Shown one piece after another: positions 1 through 8,596 of a stretch of 32,000 nucleotides of DNA. The DNA comes from Candidatus Methylomirabilis limnetica (GTDB lineage: Bacteria; Methylomirabilota; Methylomirabilia; Methylomirabilales; Methylomirabilaceae). The notes below the pieces were generated by a model. It ran no database searches, had not been told where the DNA came from, and saw only the letters and a list, made by a program, of their open reading frames with translations. Numbering within the stretch: the stretch's first letter is position 1; the number at the start of each line of letters is the position of its first letter. Location of the stretch: positions 139,022-171,021 of the forward strand of contig NZ_NVQC01000009.1 in NCBI RefSeq assembly GCF_003044035.1, in the 5' to 3' direction. The position numbers and the translations under genes are program-made.

Positions 1-62
1 AATAGAAGGCGGGCTGCCTTCACGTTCGCGCCGCCGATGTCCCATCCGATCACCCGGATCAC
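1..62 (-). CDS. N-terminus (partial, runs off the window) of a hydantoinase/oxoprolinase-like protein of the kind found in H4MPT-linked C1-transfer gene sets
   Basis: The reverse strand from GTG 62-60 reads VIRVIGWDIGGANVKAARLL, the GxDxGGxNxK head typical of that ATPase fold. The GTG overlaps the TGA (61-59) of the upstream ATP-grasp gene as GTGA. Confidence 0.45.
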   Translation of the reverse strand, partial: MIRVIGWDIGGANVKAARLL

Positions 63-1108
63 TGCCGGCTCCCCGAGGCTTTCACGTCACAGGGGCGCGT
101 GGTAAACCGCGCAGACCCGACAATGTGGACCGCGGCAGGATCCGGAAGCTTGCCTGCCACCGCGTCAAGAATCAGGGCCGCCAGATTCTGCCGAAGGACC
201 TTTCGGACCCCGACATACGAGGTCGTGAGGCGAGGGTTCACGTCGATGACCACCGCGTCGTGATCGGTCAGGACCATATCGATCCCGACATACCCCTTGA
301 GGCCCGAAATCGCCTGCACCACCTCCTCGGCTCGACGGAACGCCAGGGCGCGGATAGGATGATCAAACGGGACACAGCCCCCGTAATACTTGAGCCTACT
401 CCGCCCTCTGATCTCCTGGAGGTTCAAGGTCAGGGGGAGAGACCGACTCCCGTCGGTGAGGAGCGAGACGCTGACAGCAACGCCGTCGATGTAGGTTTGT
501 GCGAGGAGTGTTTCGCCCCGTACCGTCTGCCTGGCCACCGCGATCGTCCGCTCCAATTCCGATTGTCGCCTTGCGATGAAAACGCTGTGACACCCCACCC
601 CGTCGATCGGTTTCACCACCACAGGGTAGCCAAGCCGGCGGCCTACCGACGCCGGGTCATCAGCAGGCCGAAGGCGGAGAGTCCTGGGGGTAGGGATGCC
701 GCACGCCTTCAGCAGCCGGTATGTCAGCGTCTTGTCGCCGGCCGCTTTGATACCGGCAGTACTGCAACCCAGCACTAACTTGCCGCAGGCCTCGACCATC
801 CCCGTGATCGCTTCAAGCAGGCCGCCTGTCTCTGGGGCTACCAGGAACGCGGCATCCGCCTCCTCGACCATCTGCGCGAAGCAGTGATAGTAGCTGGTCC
901 CGCTGTCAACAACCTGAAGTCCCGGGTGAGCAGGGAGCAGTGGAAGGTACCTCCGATCGACCTGCACTGAAAGCTGGTGCGCTTCCAGCGGAAGCAGATC
1001 GGCGAGAAGCGCTTCAAGCATCATTCGCCCCTCTGCCACCAGTGTCGGGGCGACCCGACTTCCGCCCAGCCCTCCTGCTGTGATAGATTCGTGCACAACG
1101 ATCTTCAT
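59..1108 (-). CDS. ATP-grasp family ligase (H4MPT/methanopterin-cluster type)
   Basis: ORF 59..1381 trimmed to ATG 1108-1106 (MKIVVHESITAGGLGG, the usual head of this family). The body carries ATP-grasp-like motifs (GYPVVVKP, GIDMVL..VIDVNPR). The longer ORF would overlap the divergent gene by about 250 nt. No clear SD upstream. Confidence 0.8.
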   Translation of the reverse strand: MKIVVHESITAGGLGGSRVAPTLVAEGRMMLEALLADLLPLEAHQLSVQVDRRYLPLLPAHPGLQVVDSGTSYYHCFAQMVEEADAAFLVAPETGGLLEAITGMVEACGKLVLGCSTAGIKAAGDKTLTYRLLKACGIPTPRTLRLRPADDPASVGRRLGYPVVVKPIDGVGCHSVFIARRQSELERTIAVARQTVRGETLLAQTYIDGVAVSVSLLTDGSRSLPLTLNLQEIRGRSRLKYYGGCVPFDHPIRALAFRRAEEVVQAISGLKGYVGIDMVLTDHDAVVIDVNPRLTTSYVGVRKVLRQNLAALILDAVAGKLPDPAAVHIVGSARFTTRPCDVKASGSRQ

Positions 1109-1132
1109 CGTGGAGAAGGAGCGATTACTGCC

Positions 1133-1876
1133 ATGCAGATCATACCCGTCATCGATGTTATGCGAGGGGTTGCGGTCCATGCCCGCCGCGGAGAGCGGAT
1201 GGTGTACAGACCGATCCAGAGCGTTCTGCTGCAAGGAGCCGATCCTGTCGCCCTCCTGCGGGCGTACCGTGAAACCTTCGAGAGTGAAGCGGTGTATGTT
1301 GCCGATCTGGATGCCATCATGGGCAGCGGCGACAATCTGACCATCATCGCTGAGATGGCTGTCTCCGAGCCACAGCTCCAAATTATTGTTGATGCCGGCA
1401 TTCGTAGCGTCGAGCAGGCGAAGTCGCTGCTTGACGCTGGCGCGAGTAAGGTGATCGTCGCCTCGGAATCGCTGGCGAGCCTTGACGCAGCCGCGCGACT
1501 CCTCGCCGCGCTAGGAACCGGAAGAGCGCTCTTTAGCCTAGACCTCAAGAATCGAGCCGTCATCTGGCGAAACTCCTCTACCGAAACGCGAGACCCCTAC
1601 GAGGTGGCAACCGCCCTCATGTCGCTTGGGTTTCGCGAGGCGATCTTTTTGGAAATGGACAGGATCGGCACGGGCGGCGGGGCAGGCGCAGAACTGTTCG
1701 GGAGGGTCACAACGGCCGCACCTGGCATGCGATTCATCGTGGGTGGCGGAATTACTTCGGCTGCGGAGCTCGTGCGGCTGAATCGCGCGGGTGCCTCCGG
1801 GGTGTTACTGGCCACTGCGCTGCACGACGGAACCATCACACGGCAGGACCTGATCCGCGTACAGGCGGACGACTAG
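1133..1876 (+). CDS. HisA/HisF-family (beta/alpha)8 barrel protein, the paralogue class associated with methanopterin-type gene sets
   Basis: ATG 1133 is preceded by GGAGAAGGAG (1112-1121). MQIIPVIDVMRGVAVHA, VADLDAI and FIVGGGI are HisA/HisF-like phosphate-binding motifs. ORF 977..1876 was trimmed to this start. Confidence 0.8.
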   Translation: MQIIPVIDVMRGVAVHARRGERMVYRPIQSVLLQGADPVALLRAYRETFESEAVYVADLDAIMGSGDNLTIIAEMAVSEPQLQIIVDAGIRSVEQAKSLLDAGASKVIVASESLASLDAAARLLAALGTGRALFSLDLKNRAVIWRNSSTETRDPYEVATALMSLGFREAIFLEMDRIGTGGGAGAELFGRVTTAAPGMRFIVGGGITSAAELVRLNRAGASGVLLATALHDGTITRQDLIRVQADD

Positions 1877-2361
1877 AAGATCTCCTCGTAGGAGGCTTCC
1901 TGTCCGAACGATTCCTGTACGCCAACCTTAATCGCGGTCACACCACCGCCCCCAAATTGGCTCTTGATCTCTTCCCGCAACACTCCGCAGATGTATCTGG
2001 CCAACAGCTCTGCGCTGGTGTTGTGGATCGGAAGCAGCAGCACATCTTCCGCCGGAAAGCTGTACTGCTTATTGCCATAGATTACCCCGACCACCGAATC
2101 GCCTGGATCGATCCTCAAATCCTCATTTTCGGTCGGCAGCATGACCTTGTGATCCAGCCGCTCGCAGACCTGTTTCATGAGCGGCTTGACGACGAGGAAA
2201 TCGAGGACGTAGTCGCTTGGCTGAAGCGACCCTTCCAGTTCCACCCAGGCCCTGTAGTTGTGGCCGTGAAGGGTCTCGCACTTGCCATTACCGAAGAGCA
2301 CGAAGTGGGCCGAGCTGAATTTGAGATTCTCATGGTCAACCCTGATGCGAAAAGCAGCCAT
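1873..2361 (-). CDS. 6-pyruvoyl-tetrahydropterin synthase / QueD-family protein
   Basis: 162 aa with the SSAHF...HGHNY motif region of the PTPS/QueD family. SD GAGGAGG (2372-2366) lies upstream of ATG 2361. Confidence 0.85.
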   Translation of the reverse strand: MAAFRIRVDHENLKFSSAHFVLFGNGKCETLHGHNYRAWVELEGSLQPSDYVLDFLVVKPLMKQVCERLDHKVMLPTENEDLRIDPGDSVVGVIYGNKQYSFPAEDVLLLPIHNTSAELLARYICGVLREEIKSQFGGGGVTAIKVGVQESFGQEASYEEIF

Positions 2362-2591
2362 TTTACCTCCTCACATGTTACCCTTGTGTCGCCAGTTGGA
2401 AGCTATCGCACCGACGCACCAGATGTCAAGCCAGATCTGCTATCGTTTTGAAACAACCGCTAGACAGATAGTAGGGGCAAGTGGTAAAATTCCGTCCGCG
2501 CGGGTTCGGAAATGCGGTCGTGATACTGCTATCGCCATAACATGAAACGGATGGTGGCGCTTTCAACTTTGAAGTGGCGGCGAGATCATGC

Positions 2592-2619
2592 TTGACCCGC
2601 TCTAACGCCAGAACATTAT
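2592..2619 (+). promoter_or_regulatory. Candidate sigma70-type promoter for the prk-remnant/gap/tkt unit
   Basis: TTGACC (2592-2597), a 16-nt spacer, then CATTAT (2614-2619), about 40 nt upstream of ATG 2660. Sequence match only. Confidence 0.2.
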
Positions 2620-2659
2620 TCCGTCATCAATGCAAGCTAGGTACATGGAGGTGATTCAG

Positions 2660-2926
2660 ATGGCGAAGATCACCCCGCTCCTGCTCGGTATCGGCGGGGA
2701 CAGTGGGACCGGGGAGTCCACGTGTGCCGGCGGCATCTACAAAATCTTCGGTTCTGAGAAGATTACCAACATCAATCTTGACGATGACCACACGTTCGAC
2801 CGCGCTCAACGCAAGACCTATTGTTTCACCGCCCTTCATCCAGCGGCCAACAACATGTCCTTAATGGGTAAGCAGGCCCGGCAGAAAGCCCCGCAAGAAG
2901 GGCCCGCAGAAATGGCAGGAGGATAA
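2660..2926 (+). pseudogene. prk: Phosphoribulokinase N-terminal remnant (88 codons), P-loop lysine replaced
   Basis: MAKITPLLLGIGGDSGTGESTCAGGIYKIFGSEKITNINLDDDHTFDRAQRKTYCFTALHPAANNMSLMGKQ parallels the cyanobacterial/plant-type PRK head (GDSGCGKST ... LDDYH..DR..R...G.TALDP.ANNFDLMYEQ). It stops after about 85 aligned residues, 3 nt before the gap ATG. Walker A reads GTGEST (K->E). GGAGG at 2647-2651. Confidence 0.6.
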
Positions 2927-2929
2927 TCG

Positions 2930-3988
2930 ATGGCTGGGATTGCTATCAACGGATTCGGGCGAATCGGTCGGTTGGCGTTTCGGGCCGCGTGGGAGCAGAA
3001 GCTGGGCCTCGACCTGGTGGCCATCAACGATCCGGCCGGCGCGAACACTGATGCGCTGTTACTGGAATTCGACTCCAACTACGGGCCCTTCCCCGCAAAG
3101 GTGGAGAGCGACGAAGGAAGCATGCGGATAGATGGGAAGCGGGTCTTGGTCTTCCGGGAGCGCGATTGGACCAAACTTCACTGGTCGGATGTAGGGGTCG
3201 ACATCGTGTTGGAGTGCAGCGGTCGGGGAACGAGCCGCCAGGAGGCTGAAAAGCATCTCGCGGCTGGGGCGAAACGGGTGCTGATTTCAGCCCCTGCAAA
3301 GGACGAGGACATCACTATTGTTCTCGGTGTCAACCAGGAACGATACGATCCGGCCCTTCACCGGATTATCTCCAATGGGTCCTGTACGACAAATGGCCTC
3401 GCACCGGTGGTGAAGGTTCTCCTTAATACATTCGGGATCCAATGGGGGTTCATGAGTACGGTACACAGCTACACCAATTCGCAATCTATTCACGATCGCG
3501 GGACGGAAGACGTTCGAGAATCAAGGGCCGCCGCCCTCAACATCATCCCGACCGACACCGGAGCTGCGCGGGCCCTTGTGAAGGTGATTCCCGAGCTCGC
3601 CGGCCGTTTCAACGGGATGGCGTTTCGGGTCCCAACGCCCACGGTCTCCGTGATTGACCTTGTCGCGGAGGTTGATCGTGACGTGACAATCGATACGGTC
3701 AATGCTGCCTTCAGAGAAGCAGCTAAGGGGTCGCTTCGCGGGATCCTCGATGTCTGTGACCGGCCACTGGTCTCGATGGACTTCAAGGGAAATCCGCACT
3801 CTTCTATCGTGGACGCCCTCATGACGCTGGTCCTGAAGGACCGGATTGTGAAGGTTGTGGCCTGGTATGACAACGAGTGGGGGTATTCGTGCCGGATGGC
3901 CGACTTGGCCGCCTACGTTGCCTCTCAAGACCTCAAGCGTGATCAGCAGCGGCTCTGGGGCGTCGCGAAGGACACAAAGTCAGCATAG
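2930..3988 (+). CDS. gap: Glyceraldehyde-3-phosphate dehydrogenase, type I
   Basis: INGFGRIGR NAD-binding head, active-site SNGSCTTN, TVHSYT, WYDNEWGYS. AGGAGG at 2917-2922 upstream. Confidence 0.95.
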   Translation: MAGIAINGFGRIGRLAFRAAWEQKLGLDLVAINDPAGANTDALLLEFDSNYGPFPAKVESDEGSMRIDGKRVLVFRERDWTKLHWSDVGVDIVLECSGRGTSRQEAEKHLAAGAKRVLISAPAKDEDITIVLGVNQERYDPALHRIISNGSCTTNGLAPVVKVLLNTFGIQWGFMSTVHSYTNSQSIHDRGTEDVRESRAAALNIIPTDTGAARALVKVIPELAGRFNGMAFRVPTPTVSVIDLVAEVDRDVTIDTVNAAFREAAKGSLRGILDVCDRPLVSMDFKGNPHSSIVDALMTLVLKDRIVKVVAWYDNEWGYSCRMADLAAYVASQDLKRDQQRLWGVAKDTKSA

Positions 3989-4104
3989 ACAGTGAAAACG
4001 GGTGAGGTTACTACGGACGCATAAGGTCGCTCAGACAGTTTCACGACATGGATGCCGGCATGATCAGCGGCGATCTGCAAAACAGGGTGGAGGGTAGAAG
4101 GTAT

Positions 4105-6126
4105 ATGGGGGAATCAGTGAAAACCGATCAGGAATCGCTCGATCAGTTGTGCATCAATACCATTCGAACGCTGGCAATGGATGGGGTTCAAAAGGCGAAC
4201 TCGGGGCATCCGGGCCTTCCCATGGGGGCCGCCTCCATGGCGTACGTCCTTTGGGAGCGCCACCTCCGACATAATCCGACTCATCCCGCGTGGCCGAATC
4301 GTGATCGGTTTATCCTTTCACCTGGCCATGGTTGTATGCTCCTGTATTGCCTCCTTCACCTGACCGGGTACGATCTCCTCCTCGATGAAATCAAGCAATT
4401 CCGCCAATGGGGTAGCCGAACCCCCGGACATTCGGAGCATGGCGTGACACCAGGGGTGGAGACGACGACGGGTCCCCTTGGCCAGGGTTTCGGCAACGGC
4501 GTCGGGATGGCGATCACCGAGCGATTTTTGGCCCATCACTTTAACCGGCCAGGACATCTGATCGTTGACCATTTTACTTACGCCATCGTGAGCGACGGGG
4601 ACCTTATGGAGGGGGTCACCTCCGAAGCGGCCTCTCTTGCCGGACACCTTGGCTTGGGTAAACTCATCTACCTGTACGACGATAACCGGATTACCATCGA
4701 TGGCAGCACTGACCTGGCCTTCACCGAGAATGTTGGACAGCGCTTTGAAGCCTATGGGTGGCATGTTCAGCGAGTGGATGGGGACGACGTTCACATGATC
4801 GATACCGCGATCAGCGCGGCCCAAGCCGAGCAGGGTCGCCCATCGATCATTATTGCCAGAACTCACATCGCCTACGGCAGCCCCAATAAGCAGGACACGT
4901 CAGAGGCTCACGGGTCGCCTCTTGGAGAAGAGGAGGTTCGGCTCACAAAGGAGGCTTTGGGCTGGCCGCTGGAACCTGCGTTCTATATCCCAGATGAGGC
5001 TCTGACTAACTTTCGAGAGGCCCTGCAGAAGGGTCGTGCTTTGGAAACAGAGTGGCAGGCTCAGTTCGATGTCTATGCTGCTGCGTATCCAGAACTTGCT
5101 GAAGAGTGGATCAGGGGGATGAGCGGTCAACTCCCCGAGGGCTGGATCGAGAAGATCCCGATCTTTACCCCTGCCGGGGGGAACCTGGCAACCCGCGAGG
5201 CGTCAGGCAAGGTGCTCAATGCTATCGCCCAATCCCTGCCGACCCTCATCGGCGGCTCGGCCGATCTGGCCCCATCGAACAACACCCACCTGAAAGGATA
5301 TAGCGACTTCCAGGGGTCAAGCCCAGGGGGTCGGAACTTTCACTTTGGTGTTCGAGAGCACGCGATGGGGTCGATCCTCAACGGTATGGCACTGCACGGT
5401 GGCGTGACCCCGTATGGTGGAACCTTCCTCGTCTTTTCCGATTACATGCGTCCCGCCATCCGGGTAGCTGCGCTTTCGCACATACATGTGATCTATGTCT
5501 TCACCCATGACAGCATCGGTTTGGGCGAAGATGGCCCCACCCACCAGCCGATTGAGCACTTGTCTTCCCTCCGGGCCATGCCTAATCTTACAGTCATCCG
5601 CCCGGCAGATGCGACAGAAACTGCCGTCGCCTGGCGCGTTGCTCTGGAACACCGTGACGGGCCCGTGGCGCTGGCCCTCACCAGACAAAAGCTCCCGGTT
5701 CTCGACCGGACCAAATTCCCGCCTGCCGAACTCCTCCTGAAGGGCGCGTATGTCCTGGCTGATGCTGACCAGGGTCATCCTCGCGTCATTCTCATAGCCA
5801 CCGGGTCGGAAGTGCAGGTGGCCCTGGAGGCGTGGGGACGACTGACCGATGAAGGCATCCCCGCGCGTGTCGTCAGCATGCCGAGCTGGGAGTTGTTTGA
5901 TCGACAGCCGGAGGCGTATCGCAACGAGGTGCTTCCCCCAACAGTGACCGCCCGCCTTGCCATCGAGGCTGGATCTCCGCACGGTTGGCACCGCTACGTT
6001 GGCCTCCTCGGAGGGGTGATCGGCATGACACGATTTGGAGCCTCCGCACCGATTCAAGTCCTCATGCAGCAATTCGGCTTTACACCTGAGCATGTGGTGT
6101 CCCGAGCTAAGGAGCTCATGGCATGA
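4105..6126 (+). CDS. tkt: Transketolase
   Basis: ORF 4048..6126, with the start placed at ATG 4105 (GGAGGG 4089-4094). Motifs: [15 protein letters not shown] (ThDP/Mg motif), [16 protein letters not shown]. Confidence 0.93.
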   Translation: MGESVKTDQESLDQLCINTIRTLAMDGVQKANSGHPGLPMGAASMAYVLWERHLRHNPTHPAWPNRDRFILSPGHGCMLLYCLLHLTGYDLLLDEIKQFRQWGSRTPGHSEHGVTPGVETTTGPLGQGFGNGVGMAITERFLAHHFNRPGHLIVDHFTYAIVSDGDLMEGVTSEAASLAGHLGLGKLIYLYDDNRITIDGSTDLAFTENVGQRFEAYGWHVQRVDGDDVHMIDTAISAAQAEQGRPSIIIARTHIAYGSPNKQDTSEAHGSPLGEEEVRLTKEALGWPLEPAFYIPDEALTNFREALQKGRALETEWQAQFDVYAAAYPELAEEWIRGMSGQLPEGWIEKIPIFTPAGGNLATREASGKVLNAIAQSLPTLIGGSADLAPSNNTHLKGYSDFQGSSPGGRNFHFGVREHAMGSILNGMALHGGVTPYGGTFLVFSDYMRPAIRVAALSHIHVIYVFTHDSIGLGEDGPTHQPIEHLSSLRAMPNLTVIRPADATETAVAWRVALEHRDGPVALALTRQKLPVLDRTKFPPAELLLKGAYVLADADQGHPRVILIATGSEVQVALEAWGRLTDEGIPARVVSMPSWELFDRQPEAYRNEVLPPTVTARLAIEAGSPHGWHRYVGLLGGVIGMTRFGASAPIQVLMQQFGFTPEHVVSRAKELMA

Positions 6127-6159
6127 ATCCCGCAGGAGGGGCAACAATAGAAACAGGGT

Positions 6160-6209
6160 TTAGGGTATAGGGTAGTAGAAAGATCTCAACTCGCGAGCCT
6201 ATACCCTAA
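6160..6209. repeat. 12-bp perfect stem hairpin downstream of tkt, possibly a short relative of the MITE-like family
   Basis: TTAGGGTATAGG (6160-6171) pairs with CCTATACCCTAA (6198-6209) across a 26-nt loop. The GTTTAGG lead-in and the loop TCTCAACT..CGCGAG resemble GTTTAGG...TCTCAACTATCTCGCAAG of the element at 11612-11737. Confidence 0.4.
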
Positions 6210-6228
6210 CTGTGACGTAACGCTACAG

Positions 6229-6272
6229 AAAAGAACGCGCCTCAGCGACCATTCCTGGGGCGCGTTCTTTTT
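6229..6272 (+). terminator. Rho-independent terminator after tkt (A-tract/T-tract symmetric, possibly bidirectional)
   Basis: AAAAGAACGCGCC (6229-6241) pairs with GGCGCGTTCTTTT (6259-6271) across a 17-nt loop, and the T run continues to 6272. Confidence 0.7.
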
Positions 6273-6395
6273 ATGAGGGCTTACCGCCAGAGGGGCGTAC
6301 TCCAGCTCATCGATGGTCGGCTCGATATCAGCGCCAGAATTCGCTTGTCCAATGAGGGCTCGTACCCTACATTTCGAGTGAGAGGGAGGTACGTT

Positions 6396-6794
6396 ATGGG
6401 TTCAACAAAGGAGGAGGGGTCCATGTCAAAAGGCAAAGAGTGCTCGGTCATTTCGGACGAGGAGGTGGCCAAGCGTCTGGAGCAAGAGCTGCCAGGGTGG
6501 TACCTGGAGGGGAGATGGATCAGGAGGAAGTTCAATACCGACGGCTGGCCAACTACGCTCATGCTGGTGGGCGCGATCGCCTACATGGCAGAGGCCGCTT
6601 GGCATCACCCGGACCTGGAGGTCACATGGGGAAAGGTCTGGGTAAAGCTGATGACTCATTCCGCCGGGGGGATCACTGAAAAGGATTTTACCCTTGCCAA
6701 GCAGATCGAGCAGTCGGTGCTCTGGCGACCAGGCGAGAGCTCTCCTCTTGACGGCACACCAAACAAATGGGTTCGCGGCGGCAGCAAAGAGTAG
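6396..6794 (+). CDS. Pterin-4a-carbinolamine dehydratase (PCD/DCoH family)
   Basis: WHHPD motif and WGKVWVKLMTHSAGGIT are typical of PCD. ATG 6396 (GGAGG 6385-6389) or ATG 6423 (AGGAGG 6412-6417) are both plausible starts. The ORF track start at 6273 is probably too long. Confidence 0.8.
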   Translation: MGSTKEEGSMSKGKECSVISDEEVAKRLEQELPGWYLEGRWIRRKFNTDGWPTTLMLVGAIAYMAEAAWHHPDLEVTWGKVWVKLMTHSAGGITEKDFTLAKQIEQSVLWRPGESSPLDGTPNKWVRGGSKE

Positions 6795-6807
6795 GGCGTG
6801 GGGAAGC

Positions 6808-6863
6808 GTTCAGCAATCAGCCTTCAGCTTTTCTTGTGTCTTGCTGATAACTGACCGCTGAAC
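6808..6863. repeat. Imperfect inverted repeat between convergent genes; carries the CTGACCGCTG motif
   Basis: GTTCAGC (6808-6814) pairs with GCTGAAC (6857-6863), ATCAGC (6816-6821) with GCTGAT (6843-6848), and alternatively TCAGCAA (6810-6816) with TTGCTGA (6841-6847). CTGACCGCTG lies at 6851-6860. Confidence 0.35.
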
Positions 6864-7625
6864 CTAAAAGTAATACGAGACCCCCAGCAGATACATGCTC
6901 GAATTAACGCCGACGTTGGGGCTTTTGCGGCCTCCGTTCGAGATGTGATGTAAGCCCACTTGTCCGGTAATCGCCAGGTTGTCGTTCACAAAGTAATTCA
7001 CTCCAGGACCACTCATGATAGTGAAGTTGACCTGGCTGTTGAGGTCCCGTGGGATGTGGAGATTCCAATGTAGGATACCAATACCAGCCTCGAAGAACGG
7101 CACCCACCGAGTGCCCGTCACAAAATTGTAGCGGAGGAGGATGCTTGCGCCTTCGCCAAAGGTTTTAGTCGGCTCACTGATAAACATGAAGGTCGGCTCG
7201 AAGATGACTTCCAGGCTCCCACGAACCGGAAAAGGGCCATGGACATCGGTGACTGTGTACCCAATCTGGAAAAATAGCGGAGCGAAGTTGACACCGGACT
7301 CACGTCCGGCAAAAATTTTGTGAGAGTCACCATAGCCAGACTTGACCCCTAAATGCCACGTTCCCGATTGGAACCCTTCTTCCGGGCTGAATGTCGGTTT
7401 TTTCTCCGTCTCAATCTGACGGGAATCCTCCGTGCCGGCAAAGGCAAGGGTGCGGGCGGCAATTAGTTCAGTCTCGCGCCCTAGCGTGACCGTCTGTTGA
7501 CTTGGGGCTCCCTTATCGGCCGTCAACAGTGGTAGTGAGGTCTCAGCCCATGATATGGCAGGTGGTAGGATCGCGAACATAGCTAGCCAGATACAAACCG
7601 GTATACGCCTCAATTTATTGACCAT
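6864..7625 (-). CDS. Outer-membrane beta-barrel protein, PagL-like lipid A deacylase / acyloxyacyl hydrolase family
   Basis: Signal peptide MVNKLRRIPVCIWLAMFAILPPAISWA, C-terminal aromatic residue (..GVSYYF), and a GLHHISNGG motif matching the H-x-S-N catalytic signature of PagL-type proteins. SD GAGGAG upstream. Confidence 0.6.
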   Translation of the reverse strand: MVNKLRRIPVCIWLAMFAILPPAISWAETSLPLLTADKGAPSQQTVTLGRETELIAARTLAFAGTEDSRQIETEKKPTFSPEEGFQSGTWHLGVKSGYGDSHKIFAGRESGVNFAPLFFQIGYTVTDVHGPFPVRGSLEVIFEPTFMFISEPTKTFGEGASILLRYNFVTGTRWVPFFEAGIGILHWNLHIPRDLNSQVNFTIMSGPGVNYFVNDNLAITGQVGLHHISNGGRKSPNVGVNSSMYLLGVSYYF

Positions 7626-7838
7626 CGATGTCTCCTCTGGAGTGCAAGTGCCTTAGGCGTCACGCCTCATCCACCCCGATCATGTCCTTTCGAGTGGCGC
7701 TACACACCGCTTCCAAGATCTCGAACCCACCACCTCGACAGCCGTAGGTTGGGTCGGTCACAGCTTCCACGGTCGAAAAGCGCTGAGTAGTGTTACTCGA
7801 TTCCTGGTACGACCCATTCGACAGGCTCAGGACAGGCT

Positions 7839-8501
7839 TCAGTTGGTGCCAGTCTTCATCCGGTGAGACTTCTGTGGGCCAGGCTCCGGTAAAAACTCCT
7901 GATTAATCGGGATCCCTCTGCGGCACATCGGGCAGTTCTTCGGGGCGTACGTCGGGAATTCCCGGTCGACCAGCGTAAAAAAGGGGAACGTGAAGTTCAC
8001 CTTTCGAATCCGTCGCCAGAGTGTCCCGATTCCAACCACCGTCCCGCCTAATGAGTTGACCAGTTTAATAAGCTCCTTGACAGTCTCACCAGTAGTCACA
8101 ATGTCTTCGACAATCAGCACCTTAGGGTTACCAACAAAGTACTGCCGAAATCCCCTCGGAAGAGCTACATAGCTGACACCGGACTCATCGCGTTGCTTGC
8201 CGGCATAGATGAAGCGGGGTCGCAAAGGATGAGCGCGCGCCACGCAATGGCCCAGCAACGAGGCGCCGTAGCCGGTGGTAAGGACCAGGTCGATCGGCTC
8301 CTCGGCGAAATGCTTTGCGATCACGTCTCCTAACCCTTCCGTGAAGGCCGGCTCGGTGGTAGCTAACGCCTTCTCCACGTACTCCTGGGCGTGACGCCCC
8401 GAGGACAATACGAAGTGATCGTTCGTGAGATACGCTCCGGTCCTGAGGATGATACCCCGGTTGATCCGCTCCAAGATCTCTGCGTCCATCATAATCCTCA
8501 C
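7839..8501 (-). CDS. Type I phosphoribosyltransferase, orotate-PRT (PyrE)-like
   Basis: PRPP-binding loop VLIVEDIVTTGETV. The GTG at 8501 or the in-frame ATGs at 8492/8489 could be the start. Confidence 0.75.
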   Translation of the reverse strand: MRIMMDAEILERINRGIILRTGAYLTNDHFVLSSGRHAQEYVEKALATTEPAFTEGLGDVIAKHFAEEPIDLVLTTGYGASLLGHCVARAHPLRPRFIYAGKQRDESGVSYVALPRGFRQYFVGNPKVLIVEDIVTTGETVKELIKLVNSLGGTVVGIGTLWRRIRKVNFTFPFFTLVDREFPTYAPKNCPMCRRGIPINQEFLPEPGPQKSHRMKTGTN

Positions 8502-8533
8502 GCATTATGGCTGTTCAGCTACCGGCCGTCCCT

Positions 8534-8586
8534 GTAGGGGTAGGGCTTGCCCTACCCAAAGAGGGCGCAGCAAGCAGCGCCCCTAC
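8534..8586. repeat. GC-rich REP-like double hairpin, copy 1
   Basis: GTAGGGGTAGGGCTTGCCCTACCC AAAGA GGGCGCAGCAAGCAGCGCCCCTAC: two adjacent palindromes, 10 nt downstream of the glyS stop (8597-8599). Confidence 0.7.
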
Positions 8587-8596
8587 GCCGGAAGAC

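Noticed and set aside
1109-1381. N-terminal 91-codon extension of the ATP-grasp ORF (and the 977-1132 extension of the HisA-like ORF)
   Set aside because: The extensions overlap each other on opposite strands and have no family-like sequence. Both families begin at the internal Met chosen (MKIVVHE.., MQIIPVIDV..), and the HisA-like ATG has a strong SD.
6273-6395. Long N-terminal extension of the PCD ORF starting inside the tkt terminator
   Set aside because: That start codon lies in the terminator T-tract. Two internal ATGs with strong SDs give a protein of typical PCD length.
7715-7740. tRNA T-loop-like GGGTTCGAG on the minus strand
   Set aside because: The flanking bases do not form a T-stem (no CCACC partner), and no acceptor or D-arm can be drawn. 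Not a tRNA.
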